NCBI GenBank assembly: GCA_964016885.1
Contig: OZ024741.1
Coordinates: 87,358,001 to 87,422,000, forward strand
Origin: Eledone cirrhosa
Lineage: Eukaryota
Direction of reading: 5' to 3'
Length of the DNA: 64,000 bases
The translations under genes and the position numbers were made by a program. Positions within the stretch are counted from its first letter, which is position 1; every line of letters begins with the position of its first letter. This document shows positions 61,461 through 64,000 of this stretch, in pieces. Below the pieces are notes generated by a model. That model did no database searches, had not been told where the DNA came from, and saw only the letters and a program-made list of their open reading frames with translations.

Positions 61461-61640
61461 TAATAATTATTATTTTTAACATAGAAACAAGGCAAGCAAA
61501 CCGATAGAAAGGGAAAGTCGATTACATCGACCAGGTACTTGACTGGTACTTCAGTATATCGACCTCAGAAGGATGAAAGGAAACGTTGACCTCGGTGGCA
61601 TTTCAACTCCGAATGTGAATAGCTGGAATAAATGCCACAA
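61461..61640 (-). mobile_element. Degenerate SINE, same family, in tandem with the adjacent copy
   Basis: Reverse complement contains GAGTTGAAATGCCACCGAGGTCAACGTTTCCTTTCATCCTTCTGAGGTCGATATACTGAAGTACCAGTCAAGTACCTGGTCGATGTAATCGACTT and an AAT/TTA tail. Confidence 0.78.
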
Positions 61641-62029
61641 ATCCCCTACCCATTGTGGTATCATATTCCAAATCTTGCTTGTTGACAATGAAAACGAAAG
61701 TGTTGTTTGCTCAGTTAGAATTTTGGCTGGCACTGTTTCCGTCATGGTGAGATATGTATTCCCAATAAAAAATTCATTTTTTCATGAATATTTAAAAAAT
61801 TTAAATACGTATGTTAACTTGCTCACATGTGTGTGTGTGTTTTGTATATGTATGGTCGTTCCATATCTTAGTTTCCATGTTTGAAATGCCTAATGCCGAA
61901 GAAAATTGTTTAGTGAATTAAAGTTTTTGTTTCCTCAAACAGGGAAAAACACCAATAATAAAACATTACCTCTTTATGAAAGCCTCTACTGGAACATTAT
62001 ATTTTTATGATAGAGGGAGATAGATTTTT

Positions 62030-62345
62030 GTTATTATATTGCATCAGTTATTATTCGGATGTTAATTTATGTGCAATGTGAGTTGTGTTATTTTGTTAGG
62101 TGGTGAATATGTTTCGCATGTACTGTGTAATCGGTGCTACGTGTCTTAGTGGCGGGTGTGTGGTACGTGATTTCATTAACATTAATGTGTTGGAGGTGTG
62201 AGTTAGTGTTGATGCGACGGGTATCGTTTATGTACTAGTATGCATTGCATTACTTTATTGGGTGTTAATCCTGTAGAGTAGATGTGTTTTGTTAGGTGCT
62301 TACTGTATGCCATGTGTATTGTGTGCGTTGTTTGAGTTGTGAAAT
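62030..62345. repeat. Degenerate GT-rich low-complexity region
   Basis: T/G-biased sequence with TTTTGTTAGGTG recurring at ~62091 and ~62287. Confidence 0.45.
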
Positions 62346-62649
62346 CGAATCAGCAATGCTTTACACAGGATCTGGACTGTTCCTAGCAGAACTATTTTGA
62401 GAATATTTTAACATTGAGCCTTGGTATGGTTTCTATGTTTTTGTTCAGATATGTTTAATCATATCTAGCGCCCCTATTATTATTGGCACTGTTTTTACCT
62501 TCATGTCCCACATCTTGTATATCTCAATTTTAAGATCCTTCTATTTTAACAGTTTTTCCATTTCTTTTCGGACAATAGTTTGGTGAGAAGGTATCGTGAT
62601 GTCTATCAGTATGCATGTGTTTTTATTCTAGTCTTTGGTATATCTCGAT

Positions 62650-62815
62650 AGTAGATTGGCCGAGCGTAGGAAAAATGCTTAGTAATATTTCTTCCGGTTC
62701 TTTACGTTCGGAATTTAAATCCCACCGAAGTCAACTTTGTCTTTCATCCTTCTGAGGCTGATAAAATAAAGTATGAGCAAATTACTGGGGGATGTATTAT
62801 CGACTTAACCCCACC
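62650..62815 (+). mobile_element. Degenerate SINE, same family; possibly followed by a more decayed copy at ~62830-62950
   Basis: AAATGCTTAGTAATATTTC..TTACGTTCGGAATTTAAATCCCACCGAAGTCAACTTTGTCTTTCATCCTTCTGAGGCTGATAAAATAAAGTA..ACTGGGG..TATCGACTTAACCCC. Confidence 0.78.
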
Positions 62816-63764
62816 GTACACAGAATGCCGTTGGTGGAATATGTGGGAAGAGGTTTGAACAAAATGTTTGGCGATATTTAGTCGAGTCCTTTTACAAAGC
62901 CTACCAAAGGCACTTTTCTATTCCGGATTCTATAAAATATGTTAGCAATCAAGAAGAATAAAGATTTCTAACATAGACGGAAACCTACATTAGAAATCTT
63001 TATTGGTAATTAATTACTTTTATTTAAATCACTGTGAGCGCGACATTGCCATTCCTGCTTCATGTGTTGATAAAAGTTAATTGACTGCCACCCACTCTAA
63101 AATGTATTTCTTTACTCATATATTTCAAATCAATAGTCTTAGTGCGCCAGTCTGATAAAATTTCTGTTTTCTCATATACTCTTATCCTTCATGATCTGTA
63201 TTTAGTTGGCATCATTGAAAAATATTGCTATTCTTTTTGCTTTTTGTTTAGAATTCTTCAATTATGGTTTTATTATTGTGATTTTGTTGTTGCTGATGAT
63301 GATGTTATTTTAGTTGTTGATGTTATTTTTCGTTTTCTTGCTTTAAAATGTCATATATACTTAGAATCATTTTCCTAGCGATTTGCTATCTTCTTTTTTA
63401 TTACTTCAGCCGCAATATTTGCTGTCCATTTATATTTTCGAATTACTTTAGCTTTCTCATACGATCTGTTAAATTGAATATTTTTCCTGGAGTCATTATA
63501 TTTATCGTAGTCTTAATTCAATGTAGCATACAATTACTGTTATTTCAATTTCTTGTTTTCTTAACAATCTCGGGACTACGACCATATATGCCCTGCTCTC
63601 ATACAAAATATTTGAAAGGTGATTAATTTTAGAATTCCATTTTACCTTTGTACCTTTATACATTTAATATTACATCGGTTATGTTTTAATTTGCTAGTAA
63701 AATATATTTTGAGTTGCCCAGATTCAAAACAGTTTCATTGTAGCTGCATATTTATATCAATGTA

Positions 63765-63910
63765 CGCAAGAGATTTGCTTCGCAATCATTAAGTCCCGGG
63801 TTCAATCCCACTGCGTGGCACCTTGAGCAAGTGTTATTTACCCTAGCCGTGGGTCGATTCATGCCTTATTAGTGAAATTGGGTAGACGAAAATTACTTGT
63901 AACTCCGTCG
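63765..63910 (+). mobile_element. Second tRNA-derived SINE family (CORE-like segment)
   Basis: B box GGTTCAATCCC followed by ACTGCGTGGCACCTTGAGCAAGTG..TAGCC..GGGTCGA..GCCTT..AGTG..GGTAGACG; matches my recollection of an abundant octopus SINE. Confidence 0.72.
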
Positions 63911-64000
63911 GATGGACTGCACCTCAAAGGGCCAGTCTTGTCATACACAGTAGCATACTGAACCTCTTTGAGAATTATGTGAAAGGTACACGTGTCTGTG
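63911..64000 (+). repeat. Probable fragment of another interspersed repeat, truncated by the window end
   Basis: ..CTTGTCATACAC..CTGAACCTCTTTGAGAATTATGTGAAAGGTACACGTGTCTGTG resembles a recalled octopus repeat; there is no second copy in the window. Confidence 0.35.

Noticed and set aside
57808-63626. Short ORFs in the unique flank
   Set aside because: They are translations of low-complexity, AT-rich or SINE sequence with no recognisable domains.

Overview
Non-coding eukaryotic DNA, most likely from an octopus or related cephalopod; this taxon call rests on my recollection of its SINE families and is not database-verified. Bases 1 to ~57,025 are a tandem array of roughly 1,400 copies of a CA-rich 36-bp satellite (consensus ACAACACATACA[C/T]CACTTGGTACACAGACACAGTCT, with 34- and 38-bp slippage variants) organised into nested higher-order repeats. 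Nearly all ORFs in the track are artefacts of this repeat. Five near-identical ~1,090-bp inserts interrupt the array at 909, 5726, 9739, 14771 and 19442. Each is a minus-strand LTR-retroelement derivative flanked by a CATA target-site duplication. It has one 368-bp LTR with promoter and polyA motifs, a tRNA-Trp primer-binding site, a non-coding internal region, and only the last 13 bp of a second LTR. The tRNA match is unusually long (~32 nt) and has a T at the position equivalent to m1A58. All five copies share the same flanks, and matching empty sites exist at ~39,909, ~46,168 and ~51,884. So one insertion was amplified as part of a 4-5 kb composite repeat. The array decays into (CA)n sequence at 57.0-57.6 kb. 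The last ~6.4 kb is AT-rich unique DNA with degenerate SINEs (some head-to-tail) and a ~570-bp near-perfect palindrome. No protein-coding gene is supported.
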